Shown here piece after piece: positions 12,116 through 25,109 of a stretch of DNA of 60,913 nucleotides; positions within the stretch are counted from its first letter, which is position 1, and each line of letters begins with the position of its first letter. A model generated the notes under the pieces. It was not told where the DNA came from. It did no database searches and saw only the letters and a list, made by a program, of their open reading frames with translations. Origin of the DNA: Octopus bimaculoides (taxonomy: Eukaryota); NCBI RefSeq assembly GCF_001194135.2, contig NC_068989.1, forward strand, positions 60,420,414-60,481,326, in the 5' to 3' direction. Both the position numbers and the translations under genes were made by a program.

Positions 12116-13849
12116 TATTTAATTCAATGTTCCGTTATGGTAAGATGATCAGAAAGTATTCCATCCAGTGAGAGATAAGTACCGTTTAACGTACACAGTA
12201 TAAAGAAGGCAACATGCCTTGTGCCTCCAGGTAATTTCAGGGTCTGCGCACATGGTATGTTCTGTTTCAAAATCAGGATGCTGTTACATGAGAAGTCACG
12301 AGAAAAAGTGAAGGTTGATGCAAAACGTAGAAAGTGGAATAAAATTGAAAAAAGGAAAGGAAAAGAAAATTAGATTCGAGTCCTTTTGGATCTTAGAAAC
12401 CGTAATTAAACTAGTTGTAGAATAGTTTAACGGAGAGGTGTCCAAAGACTGTGGTGTCCACCAGTTCACCGAAACAGGTGTTTCGGATCCTTTATCGCAG
12501 ATAGCTGTTACATGGTAGCAGGGCGTGCTACAAATAGCAGCCAGATCTTTCCTTTTGTGGCGAAAGGAGCTGTTTACGCATGATTTTAATGTCACGTTCA
12601 TTGAATAACTTGGAAAAGGAAAAATACCCTGAGAAACAAAACTCCGTTGGTGGGCAACTTGGAGTTTCCCTGTAAACCCCAAGGTCCCCACCACCCTCCA
12701 CCCTTCCATATCTTTCTTTTCCGGAAAAAAGGTGGATTGGAGTTCAGAGACGTTGAATGCACTCAAAAAACCCTGTGGAAAAAATTATTTTACACCGAGT
12801 TACAAACGAATCCTTTACGAAATATCTTCCTTTTTAAAGTCATTTTCACTTTAAAATACCTTTTAAATATACCAAAAGAAATTTTTATAATGATATTCAC
12901 GTGAATATAATTTTTAAAGAAATTAAAATATTGTCTATTTTAAGAAAACAAAAATATAAATACTTACTGTACAAATAGCTTATATTTTTGAAATCACATT
13001 CATTAAAATATATTTCTAAATGATTAAAATATTGTGTTCAACAAAAGCGAAAGTAGAAACATTTACTGTAAAAGCAATTCATATATTTTCGGTGGCAAGT
13101 TAAAGTCACTTAAAGATTTTATCCCAGGTCTTCAAAATACAGAAGACAGATCACAATGTCTCTAATAGAAAGGTCAGAGTCTCTTCCCTTTCAAGTTTAT
13201 GTTATTTTCGGAGTATTTTCCCATTCTGCACTGTGTGGGGTATTTATAAATATCCCCACCCCATATCTCAGGAACTCGTTGTCCGATTTACGCTAAACTT
13301 GTATTATTCCCTTTCTATCCACATTTCAGACGTACCTTAATTCATTGTATTTTCCCATCATGAGCCAGTTTGGCCGTATTAAATGACACACAAGCAAGCA
13401 AGTAAGCAAGCAGGCAATCGGAGAGTTTTAGTAGTATATAGATGAACTCATTTTACTAGACGTTTTGCTCGGAACAATGTATTAAAGCATTACTGTAATA
13501 TTTGGGAATTTTGTAAATAATCCACTCACCATTTGTTGTTCGATTCTTGTTTCTAGCTCCATTTTTCCAGGAACAAATTACACGCTTTTCCTCTAATCTT
13601 TCCCATGGTTTTACAATTTCAAAAATCAACCGCTTTCCCTTTCAAGTTATTTAAAACATTGAAGAATAAATAAGTCGATTAATCAAAATCATTTGAAAAT
13701 CTAAACCATTGAGAGATTGGAGAAATATATATAGATAAGAAGCGAGCAATAACTTAGAAATCTATGTAGAATCTTTCATATGACTTTTGAATATAACAAC
13801 ATCTATATATTACGATATCTATCTATCATGTACACAGACACACACAAAC

Positions 13850-13854
13850 AGAAA

Positions 13855-13920
<66 letters not shown>

Positions 13921-13939
13921 ACACAGATACATACATACA

Positions 13940-13974
<35 letters not shown>

Positions 13975-13975
13975 G
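13850..13975. repeat. (CA)n followed by (TACA)n
   Basis: Direct inspection. Confidence 0.95.
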
Positions 13976-14521
13976 TATAAATAACAGAAAGGTACCAGTG
14001 TCAGTGCATTATGGCCGTTTCTAACGACTCCTTTAATTGATTAATGAAAGCATTACATCTTTGTAAAGAAACCGTTTTCGTCAGAGGAATGTATGAACTT
14101 CAAAATAAAGCACATTCAAAAATCCACGGAGCAAAAATATTTACATTGATTCTGCTACTATTTCAGTTGGCAGAATGATTTACCGGAATAGTGTATATTT
14201 GGTCAAAACAGAAATTTAGGGGTTAGTAGAGTTTTTAGGAGGGGTAAAGCATAATTGACTCCAGTAACCCAGATATCTATACTTCTAATAAGAAAGGAGG
14301 AAGCGGCCCCCCATAGTCTAGATTTATTTATCAAAAAGTTGGTTAATATCTGCTAAATGAATTGTGGTCAGTTCAACCTACTAAATGATCAGGTTCGTAT
14401 GTGCGGGAGCCAATTCACAGGCTTTATCTCTAAAATTGGGCAAGGAAGAGGGTAGTAATAAGGAAGTGAGAGATGGGGAATGGATGATACAGAAAAAGAA
14501 GAAAGGGCGAAAGCTGGTTAT

Positions 14522-14657
14522 GCTTGGATTGGTCAGCTCAAGTCACATGGTATTAATGTTATCAAAAGAATATCAGCTCTTTAATAACAAATAACTGATG
14601 TCGTTTGATACTACATAACCAGAGCAGACAAGTGGAGCTGAACCAAACTGTTATTAA
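14522..14657. repeat. ~140-bp self-complementary element, copy 1
   Basis: Direct repeat of 15339-15482 (roughly 80% by eye). Ends ttggtcagctc / gagctgaaccaa are inverted. Confidence 0.8.
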
Positions 14658-15338
14658 ATATGTGTGAGTGTGTATGTGTATATGTGCGTGTGTGTTTGTG
14701 TGTGGGTGTGACGTACACGGCTAAACAATCACAGAAGTATTAGCTTCCTCAAGAGAAATACCGCAGTATTACGGCGTTCTTACAGCATATTGGTGTTAAG
14801 AAGAACATATAGATTGTTATTCGGTACTTATACAGCTTCTGTCGCTTATAACTAATATACATATACATACACACAGATACACAGATATGTATATATTATA
14901 TTATATTATATTATATTACATAAATACACTCTCACATAGAAAAATCTCACACATATAGTGTGGATGACAATCTCCCGGGGGATTATAATGTAATGCGAAT
15001 TATATAACTGACACGACTATATCATTGTTCTCTTTCAAATCTTTGTGGACAGTTTTTAATTCGTCTCTAACATTTTATTGCAACAATTGTAAACATGAAA
15101 ATAAATGTAGTACCAACAACTACATTCTTCTCGTGTTACACAAATGCACAAACGAGCGTGTGAAAGCGAAACAAAGTAATACTCAATATATTTGTTTGAG
15201 TTACATCTAAGAAACAGTCTCACTCAGCTTCATATGACATTAAATTTTGGGGGTGCGTTGAACAAGTTTATCTCATCAGAAGTTCGGGTGCAGATTGGAA
15301 GATATCAAGGAAATCTCAGATGGCTTCTTGGTAGGTAG

Positions 15339-15482
15339 GCTTGTATTGGTCAGCTCAAGTCACGTGGTATTAATGCTATCAAAGGGATATCAGCTCTTTA
15401 AGTGGCACAATAAGCTGATGTTGTTTGATACTATATAACTCGAGCAGACAAGTCACGTGGAGCTGAGCCAAACTGTTATTAG
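15339..15482. repeat. ~140-bp self-complementary element, copy 2
   Basis: Direct repeat of 14522-14657. Has outer and inner inverted repeats and two AAGTCACGTGG motifs. Confidence 0.8.
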
Positions 15483-16871
15483 ATTTGTGTGTCTGTGTCT
15501 GTGTACGTCTGTGTGTTTGTGTGTGCATGTGAACGTATACATAATATAACATATTTTTATACATACTGTAAAAAAATATATGTGCATATTAGATACATGT
15601 GTGCGTAGTATTCATGTCTGTGCTTTCGTACACCAGTGTAGGTCGGAGTGCAATAATTGAACTATTCACTGCCTAATCATAAGTACGTAAAGAAATTTGA
15701 ACGTAACTAATTCCAAAGTCAGAAACTGGATGGACAGAGATCGAAATTTTTGACTCTATGTTATGTACTTGGACTGATATTTAAACGTACAACCTTGAAA
15801 AAGTTGCCATAGACTGACTACAATGACTGAATTTTCCTACATAAAATATGAAGTAAATAAAGTATATACTCCTTTGGGCAAAATAGCTGGTAAACTCCGA
15901 TTAACGTTATATCTAATAATCTTAATAATTTGAAAAATTTGACAATATGTCACTGGTCATTATACATTTGTTCAATACAACTGCCAAAGGTTTTATAATA
16001 AATTTATTGTCATATTTAAAATTTTCTCGCCAGGCAACGCCTATAGATGGAATTTAATTTCTTTTAAGACCACTAAACTTCACTGTCGAAATCTCTGAAC
16101 ATTGCATTATCTTCTATGGAACACCTTTCTTTCGTATTTCTCTGCAATTGAATCAAATTTCTAAAATCAAGTCAAGCGCTAATGATTTCTTTTAAACATA
16201 TTTTTAGACGTTTTTTTTTCTGTCGACTAAACGATGCATGGATGTCAATAATATTGGCGCGGACAACTTGTAAGTATGAGTAATCGTCTCAAAGACACAA
16301 TGGGAATTGATTTAAAAGGAATATTGAACCAAAAAGTTCAGTTTCTTCAATTAACACTAAAATAAAATTGTGCACATCAAAGATTAGAATATTGATTATG
16401 TTTACACAGAAACATATTTCGAAACCATTCCAATTATTGTTATGATTTTATATTTGAATTCATGTTCAGTGAACAAGAAATGCGTGACTCGAAACCAAAA
16501 TGCATAACATTGAAATCTGTTGAATTATTTTTATAGCCTCATTAATGCACATCGATTCCGTTTAGTCATTTGCTTTAGTAGAATTAATTAAACAGGGTCA
16601 CAGTATATCAAGTCTAAAGTGTATCTTTTGTTTAAGACGAGATAATGGAATAACATTTCGAGGCATATATGATAAAAGCAAATCAAAATGGCGGGTGATA
16701 TTAAGGACAAAATTTTTGCAATATATTTACTATAATGTCTGTCGTATTCATGTGCCTTTCTCGTTACTAATAGCAGACAAGAACTCTTCGCACTTCAAAT
16801 CAGTAAAATTATCAATTCATTTGTAAGCTATATTGGTATGATAATGCTTTCTAACATAGGTACAATATTTC

Positions 16872-17049
16872 GTGGGAAGGGCTAGTCGATCACATCGACC
16901 TCAGTTCTTAACTAGTACTTATTTTATCGATCTTGAAATGATGAAAGGCAAATTCGACCTCGACGGAATTTAAATTCAGAACGTAAAGACGGACAAAGTG
17001 CCACTAAGCATTTTCCAGTGTGCTAACGTTTTTTCCAGCTCGCCACCTT
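16872..17049 (-). mobile_element. SINE family A copy
   Basis: Reverse complement of the head and body seen at 2057. Confidence 0.8.
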
Positions 17050-18454
17050 TAGCATATTCGTATAATAATTGCAATGTCTTGTGTCACTTTAATTTTATCT
17101 GAAATAGCTGGTTTCAAGTTACCATTGATACTCAAGAGCTTACAATCAGTCACTGGTAAATGAGCTATCGCAAAACCTATGACATGGACACGAATTTCTT
17201 TATACAAAATATGACTTTTTTTTCCATATTTGTGTATCGAACTTAACATTTGGTACGCTTATACAACTTCTTGCTACAGAATGATTCTCTAACAATCCGC
17301 GATCAATTTTTAAAAAATACTTTTCGTAATAACTCAAATGAATACAGATATATCCCCATAGGCCTGACTGTCACCCACACGAAAAAGGGTATTTAATCCC
17401 TGCCACCGTTGTGGATCGTGAAATAGATTTAGGCGTGTAAAAAATGTTTCATTAAAGGCTATCTTGATGCATCGGCAATTTCGATGGTGATTCCATGTTG
17501 CTGGGTAAGTATATAAACCAATTATTATCAACTACCGGCAGAGGCTTGTATCTTCATTCACATCATTCTTTAGTAAACTGTTGTTTATAAAACTAAAAAG
17601 TATGTTATACGTGACCGAATATTACTTGGTTCTATCACTCACAGAAACATGAGCGCCAAAATAAGACCCTGTGAGACTTGACCTCAGTAAAAGCAAGTAA
17701 TTACGCTGAAATTCACTTAAATATTCAATTGCTTTTTCTATACACATTTTTGAATGTAATTTATTTTTCATAAATATGTGTGGAAATTTTAGTACCGTGT
17801 GTATTACTCATTATTCTTTACGAAAATGTAGAACTATATCAGAAAATGAATCACGAGAATCCACAAGTTACTGATGTTTGTCATAGTTGACAATAAAATA
17901 CACCCACACAACAGACGTTTTGACAAAGTGCAAGGACACTTAGTTTAATCGCTAGCCTAAAACGATTAGTGGTAGTTACTGTCAAGATAGTGAAACTAAA
18001 CCAGACAGATATGTCTTCAGTGTGATGTGCAGAGGAAATATCTAACGTTTTAGTGAAATAACCTCAGTTTTACGAGACAGATATTTCAATTCCTTAACTG
18101 AAGCGTTAGATATTTACTCCCCATACGTAAAAGTAATAAGTCGCATATTTTGTTTGCACTGACAGATATTACATTATTGTAACTTTGAGAATTTCTCTGT
18201 CCTTAACAAAGTTGACTCTTGAAATAAAGAACCCTAAAGAGGCAGGCTATTTGAGTGTTTTGATATTGGAATGTTATATTGTGTTCAATATCTGTTTAGA
18301 AACTGGATAAGCCATGGTAGAATCAATGTACGGTATTTCTTGTGTGAGAAAGACATTTGAAAGGTATTGAAATCGTTCTGATCAGTAGTCGACCATAGCA
18401 GAAAGTAATGTTATGCGGTATGTAAAATAAAATATTAATGTTTCACATTTGTAA

Positions 18455-18742
18455 GGCGGCGAGCTGGCAGGATCGTTAACATGCTGGGCAAAATGCTTAG
18501 CGGCATTTCAACCGTCATTACGTTTTGAGTTCAAATTCCACCGAGCTCCACTTTGCCTTTCTTTCTTTCGTGGTCGATAAAATAAGTACCAGTTGTGTAC
18601 TGGGCTAGAAGTAATCGACATAAGCCCTCCCTCAAAATTCAAGGCCTTGCACCTATAGAAGAAAGGAATATTTCACATTTGTAAGGCGGGGAGCTGGTAC
18701 AATCGTTAGCACGCCGGGAAAGATGCTTAGCGCCATTTCATC
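18455..18742 (+). mobile_element. Two tandem SINE family A copies (full 18455-18670, head only 18685-18742)
   Basis: GGCGGCGAGCTGGCAG head, GAGTTCAAATTCC B-box. Both heads are preceded by TTTCACATTTGTAA. Confidence 0.85.
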
Positions 18743-20399
18743 ATTCTAAAAAGTCAAAAACAATTGTATAGCTGCGATTTAGGAAAAGGAAACATTCATT
18801 TGGCGTTTATATATGTTACTTATTTTCAATACTTTTTTCTATCATGCACTTTATGTCTTCAAAGAAAATTATCAGATTATCATTGAGTTCAGAATGTTAT
18901 TCTTAATTTTTCAACGCATTGTTCTAAACTGCATGATTACCAAAATTATGATAAGATTAAAAAGAAATTGTAAAATTATAAAATTGATGACATAATGTGT
19001 ATAAAATTAATAATTCCGGGAAATTATTATAGCTAATATTATTTACTAATTAAATCATTTCTATAATTTTAATTTACGAGTTATCCTTTCAGCTTTCTAT
19101 TTTCACCTACACAACGGTAAGCAGCAGAAGCAATTATACATCTGATGACTCACGCACGCACGCACAGACTCACTCACACACGCATATACACATGCAGACA
19201 CACACACACTCTCAAACACGCATACACACATGCACACACACACACACACACTCACACTAACACACACACACACACACACACATACACAATTTTCTTAACG
19301 ACAAAGCTGTCTTTTTAGCTCTCTAAAACAGTTTGACTGAGCTCCACATGACATCCATCTCATCAGTTGCCTGGGAATTGAGTGGGACTTTTGAGAAAAA
19401 TTAAAGATGCATTTTAACTGTTTAAGCGTATATGGGACTGCATTATCTAATGTGTACTTCCTATGTTCTGGATAATAGGCTATCATTTTAGGTAAACTTA
19501 GCTGTTATTATCGCATGTCGAACGGCCATTAGCTCGTTGCAAATTTGGTGAGCTTTTTTTCTGTAAAGTAAAACAGGCAGTAAAATCTGGCTATATTTAA
19601 AGCTATCGTAATTTCTAAATATTTGATTCGGGTACATTTTGTTCAGTACATTGTTTTTGTTGTTGATTTAACTCGGGGACACTTCTAGAGTTCCTCCATG
19701 ATCCTCCTTCTCTGACTTTATATGTAACCGGAATTTCCTTCCCATGATACCCAGTTCAATGTAGGTCAGGAAAATCTAGATTGATTTAATTAATTATGTT
19801 TAGTCCCATTACAATCATTTCCCCAAGCTGACTGACTAATCGCCATTTCTTGCTTAGATGGAGAAGGCAATGTAAAGATGAGTGGACATAGACTAAACAA
19901 ATAGCAAATTGTTATAAAACATGGCTATCGGCGACTGCTATAGATATCAATCACAATATTTTAAAGATTATTTTTTTATCGAATAAAAACTACGGAAGTA
20001 CTTTTAGATCTCTCGAGTAGCACTTGGCTGGGATTTGGCACGTGTTTTTATCTTATTCTATATAAAGCGTTCAATTATTTCTCTTCGCGTAACATTTTTT
20101 TTTCCTTTACTTTAGAACTAATTTTAGTTTTATTTAGTAATATCAGTTTATTTTTCTTCTCTTGATTTTGAATAGTCAGATTTTTCGTTCTATTTCCCTA
20201 CGTATTTTTTCTCACCGTATTGATATTTTCTTGTGGATCTGCCTTCGTTTAACAGAAGCCATATTAACCTGCATAATTATTTTAAGAATCATGTCATGTG
20301 GTTATACTTTATGTTATAATTTTTTTATGCAGTCATATCTTATTGTATACTTTAACAATATTACTGAATATAGACCTGCTTAGTTGAAATATGCACTTT

Positions 20400-22700
20400 G
20401 CTATATATTTTCTATTGTTTTGAAAGTTCTAAATTCTTGAGAGCAATGTTATTTTCTGCATGCTGTGCATATTTGTAAATGCACAATATTTTGGTTATAC
20501 TTGAAAATATCTATCATTATAGGGTTATGTTTCTGTTCTCAGTCCCCACATTCTGGTTACCTCTATCTCCAGGTTCATGATTATCTTCTTTCTTTGTAGC
20601 ATTTTCTATTTCGAACGTCATAAAATTTCCGCTATTAAGTCCGTCTTTTCTGTAGCAAAGTTTCTTGCCACTTATTTGCAGAGTACATCTTGAGACCATC
20701 CGTACACGAAAGTTTCTTGAATGTTCCTCTCAGTGTTTGTATGTGAGTCCAATATTTTAATATGATGCTTATGAGTATTAGCGCTGGACAGGGAAACAGC
20801 GGAGAGAAGATATTTTCTTTTTCTAACGGAGGGGACAGTAGTTATTAAAATTCTGTCTTATTGTATCTAAAAAATTGTTTCTCATTTCCCAGTAGTTTAA
20901 ATGTATTAGCTTATTATCGGTGCTACCTTACAAACACATAACGTTTCTAGAATCGACAGGTGGTGCAAACTGTCAAAGGCTTTCCAGATGTCGTGCCATG
21001 CCATGTTCCAACTCTTCTTTCTTCTAACAATCTTCGGTTATTGCATTTGAATTCTTGCAGTATCACTTACGCGCTTCTAAAACTAAATTACTTCATCCAG
21101 TTGTTTATTTATAACCAGCAATAATATTGTTGCAGGGGTGAGAAATAAATTTATCAGACTTACTATAATAATGTTGCATAAGGCTAATAAGTAAGACTGA
21201 TATTATTGAAATAATAATGTAGTAAGGTTTTACAGTGGGTAGGAAGGAAGGTTATGTGTTTGTGGATTTTAATATATGCACTTTCTTTAATCAAAGTATT
21301 AAAAGTGTTTTCCTCACGTTGACACCGACAGTTCTTCTTTAATGTTCTTTTAGTGATTATGAAATGTTTGATATTAATTTACATCTGTTTATTTTAACTT
21401 CGTGTTTTGAATTTTATTATTTTGCGGTGCTTTCCAACTTCTCGGTTTTTAATGTTGTGTTAGTCTTCCATATTCTAATAATATGGTCTCCATGAGTGTT
21501 CAAATTGTTGTTTACAACAAGATGGTTCGTGGCGATACCTTCTCTGTTGTTAATTCTACTTTTTTTCTTGCGATTTATTATGCAATGATTTCTATTTTGT
21601 TTTTAGCCTTTTCTAGATAAAATTCTGTTTGATTTGACAAACCAGTTCGATTTATGTAAAGAATCGTTGCCGCTTCTCATACGAAAGTATTCTTTGTAAT
21701 TTAGTGTGAATGTCTTCTTCCAAGCGGTCTTTGATATCGACTACATGTTTTTGTAGAACGTTTCTCATGCTTTGACTTGTCTTTTTATTTCAGTTGCGCA
21801 TTTTCATTATCGATTTCATTAAGAAATTACCGATCTTTAAACTCCCATTCCTTTTTCTGTATGTTTGTTTATCATGCATATGACTTGGCTTTTGCCATTC
21901 TTATATGAGTAAATCTGAGGATGGATGAACCTCTTTTTGTAACTACTTTGGCAATCGTATTTACTATTTGTTTTATTCTGATTCTTTGATGTTCGCGCTT
22001 CTTTCATTCACTGGTCAAGATTGCGTTTTATCACTGTTGTTGCTATACTGTCGTCAAGTGCTCTTATTGAGAACCTACTTCAATGGTCGTTAAAAATATC
22101 TTATATAATTTTTGATTTTTTCAGTATTTACTCTTCACATTATTGTTCTATTCAGAATTTTCCTGTATTCAAGTTCCTCTTCTTAAAGCTTTTTTTCTAT
22201 TTTCCGTAGGTGATATAAGGCTTCATTTTGTTTTGAGTGTTATGTATTTTGCAAATATTCATACTCAGTAGTGTCTCTATCTTCATTGTGTCTCTTCTTC
22301 TCTTGCGTTGTCATTGATCTTAGTTATAATGTGACAGATATTGTTTTTTTTCTGCTTACGTTATTTATGTTATTTTAGATGTTTTTTTCATTGCTTTGTA
22401 TTAAGTGCGTTGTCGAGAATGTTGCTTCTTAATTTTATAACACTGTTTTAATTTAAGTAATTTTTTTCTTTTAAATATAACATAAACTTTGTAAAAGTGT
22501 TGTTTATAAGGTTGGGTGTAGCAGCAAACTGTGCACGAACTATAAAGATATATTCCTCTGGTGTCCATTCACAATTTTATGTTATATTGATATCCTAATC
22601 ATTTTCATCAGGTATTGATGTATTTGTGTAAATCTGGATTTCTGCATCGTTTTTTTATTCATATTTCTCAGGTAGCAAAATGTAGGGACGCATCTCTCCT
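20400..22700 (-). mobile_element. Old, internally deleted Dong/R4-like LINE
   Basis: Minus-strand remnants in order: myb-like EWTPEEY (~22560), AWHDIWKAFDSLHH (~20960-21005), FSPLFPCPALI, CTDGLKMY (YMDDLKMY-like, ~20690), EIEVTRMWGLRTET (RLE C-terminus, ~20530-20570). Boundaries approximate. Confidence 0.7.
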
Positions 22701-22858
22701 GTAATTCTGGACCTAATTATATGTCCCTCACTTGTATTTTGTGATATTTGTTTTGTTAGAGGGCACGGAATCTTTCCATGGTTAACTATGTCACTATATT
22801 TAACTGACATTACTATAATGTACTGGAATATGAATAATTGTAATACATTGTATAAGAT

Positions 22859-23309
22859 AGGAATATTAATATTCCTAAATCTCTTTAAAGGAGACTACGG
22901 CAGCGGTACTGGATATTAATAGTTATCGCCAAGCTAACATGGCAGTCCAGGAAAATAGAACGAATGCTGCCGTTGATTAGCTCCAAGAGGCCATCGCCTC
23001 TAGCTAGCAATGTGACACACGAATCTGTGTCCAGTACCGCTGCTGTAGTCTCCTTTAGAGAGATTTCGAAATATTAATATTTCTATTTTTGAAAACCAGT
23101 GGATGTATTCCATTGAATTTAGGTAAATAATCCTTCGAACAGACGGTCAGCAGCGACGCCTACTGGGTTCGGCTACTCTACATTGATAAGGGGCGACTAC
23201 CCCGTAACTAGTCTGTAGATGCCAAACCAGTAAGGGGAAGCTACTAATCTCCTCTGTTCGGAGGTTATAATGGACACAGGTTCATGTATCACATAGCTAG
23301 CTAGAGGCG
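22859..23309. repeat. Interlocking inverted-repeat element (Penelope pseudo-LTR-like)
   Basis: 22861-22913 is inverted to 23030-23082 (48/53). 22995-23033 is inverted to 23271-23309 (35/39). Confidence 0.75.
23177..23219 (+). ncRNA. Degenerate minimal type I hammerhead ribozyme motif
   Basis: TCTACA-TTGATAA-GGGG-CGACTA-CCCC-GTAAC-TA-GTC-TGTAGA. Stems I, II and III all pair and the GUC triplet is present, but the core has three substitutions relative to CUGANGA/GAAA. Confidence 0.65.
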
Positions 23310-23584
23310 TTTCATGAAATATCGAAACGATCGTAGTGGTTCTTAAAGAAACTCAGGAATTATATTTTCTATTGCTGAAATTTTTTATATAAACTCCACG
23401 GACAAAAAGGAATTGTTGGAGTAAATTCTATGGCGTATGCCTCCATAATTTTTTTGACATTAGGTAGCCGAATACTGTGTATAGGCTTTAAAAAAAGCAT
23501 ACTACAAGGTGTATACCTGAATATAGAATTATTACGCTCACAAACGCACACACACACACACACATACATACATATTGTATATAT

Positions 23585-23615
<31 letters not shown>

Positions 23616-24487
23616 ACATACAATCTTACAAACACACAAAAGTACACATATATTTGCATACACTAAGAAAGAGATGAAGTGGAAAACCGAAAGAGAAGAA
23701 TCGAATTCGAAGCTATGTATGTGCTAAGCGAATATCTTAACTACTAATCATTTTGTTGATGGCCAACATCCTTCTCATCTATACATCTCTACGGTTTTAA
23801 CCCGCTCAAGATTTTTACTTAACACGAAATCCAGTTCTTATCATTCAGCACTACAGCTCTTTACAAATGCGTCATTACTCATTGATTTTCATTATATATT
23901 AACATTTTTTTCTATTCATTCCTAAGCACTAGTCTTACAATGGATCAATTATTCGATTATATATCTCCCTTACGAATATATATATAAGAAGTCATTGTTA
24001 TTTCTGTTCTTATAAAACGAGATCAATGGTGTAAGAAGTAAGTTGTGTGCAACACTTCACAACACATACTTAGACATCTATGGACTTCACACATGTGGCT
24101 TAACTTGAGATTAAATAATAGCCATTATGTTTTATGCATTTGCATTTGTCGTAAAGTATGTGATAAGAGATAGACCCCACCTCCGCCATTGGAGAACGGT
24201 TACCAATACAATATTCAATTTATAATAAAACTTGTCATAACTGTATTTGATTTACGTCTCTGATTTCATTTGAAAAGATCAGAACCTGACAACATTTTTA
24301 TTTCTTTTTGCACAAAATCGTAATAAAAGACGAGCGTTTATGATTATGAGAGCGCGATATGCTCATATATATATCAAATATAGTAGAATCGGTCGAATGA
24401 TCGTGGTAAAACGCAGTTTCTTAATCTCTAGCATAACTGTTGATTTCATAGAAGATAAAAATTTTCTAATCAATACATGGAGTGTGG

Positions 24488-24550
24488 TTCTTCCACTATC
24501 GAGATTAAACCGAAAATTCTTCCACTATCGAGATTAAACAGAAAATTCCT
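24488..24550. repeat. 29-bp tandem duplication
   Basis: TTCTTCCACTATCGAGATTAAAC(C/A)GAAAA x2. Confidence 0.9.
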
Positions 24551-25109
24551 TTTCGAAAACCACGAACATTGTTAGTAATGTGTATAATTAAATCTGTAAA
24601 CAAAATGGATGAAGGCGCTCGTCGAATATTACAATTGCTTCAAAAGCCCTTCCGATGTACCTTACATAAATTACGTATGTCTGGTAACCGTCCACGTATG
24701 TTTTCCACTCAGGTACATACGACTTATTAGTTGGAAGTATTCTGTTGCAGAGGAAAATGCAAACTCTGGGGTAGCAGAAACAATCAAGATAACTGGTGTG
24801 TGGTTTGCAGTAGGAAAAGAACCACTGGTGTGTCTTACTCAAAAATTACCTAAGTGAGACAGATAGGAGTGTGGATTAATTTCCTTATAAGCAAGCTTAA
24901 AATTATGTAGTGGCTATAGTAGATTATGATCTCACTAATGAAGTTGTGGCTCCAAAGATGGGAAGCTGTCATTTGAATTTAGAGTGCAAGCTGATATAAA
25001 TTCCGCTAAGCATTCTGTCCGGCGTCATAGCATTTCTGCCAACTCGTCCCCTCTTCTTTGATGATGATGAAGCTGATGATGATGATGATGATGATAGTAA
25101 TAACAATAA

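Noticed and set aside
12296-12766. 156-aa minus-strand ORF and 18-bp palindrome CCGAAACAGGTGTTTCGG (12469-12486)
   Set aside because: No recognisable domain or splice context. The short palindrome alone is not informative.
24488-24550. 29-bp repeats as a CRISPR-like array
   Set aside because: Only two abutting units with no spacers, in a eukaryotic context.
24606-24712. Possible exon MDEGARRILQLLQKPFRCTLHKLRMSGNRPRMFSTQ followed by GT
   Set aside because: No recognisable homology or partner exons, so it cannot be supported without RNA data.
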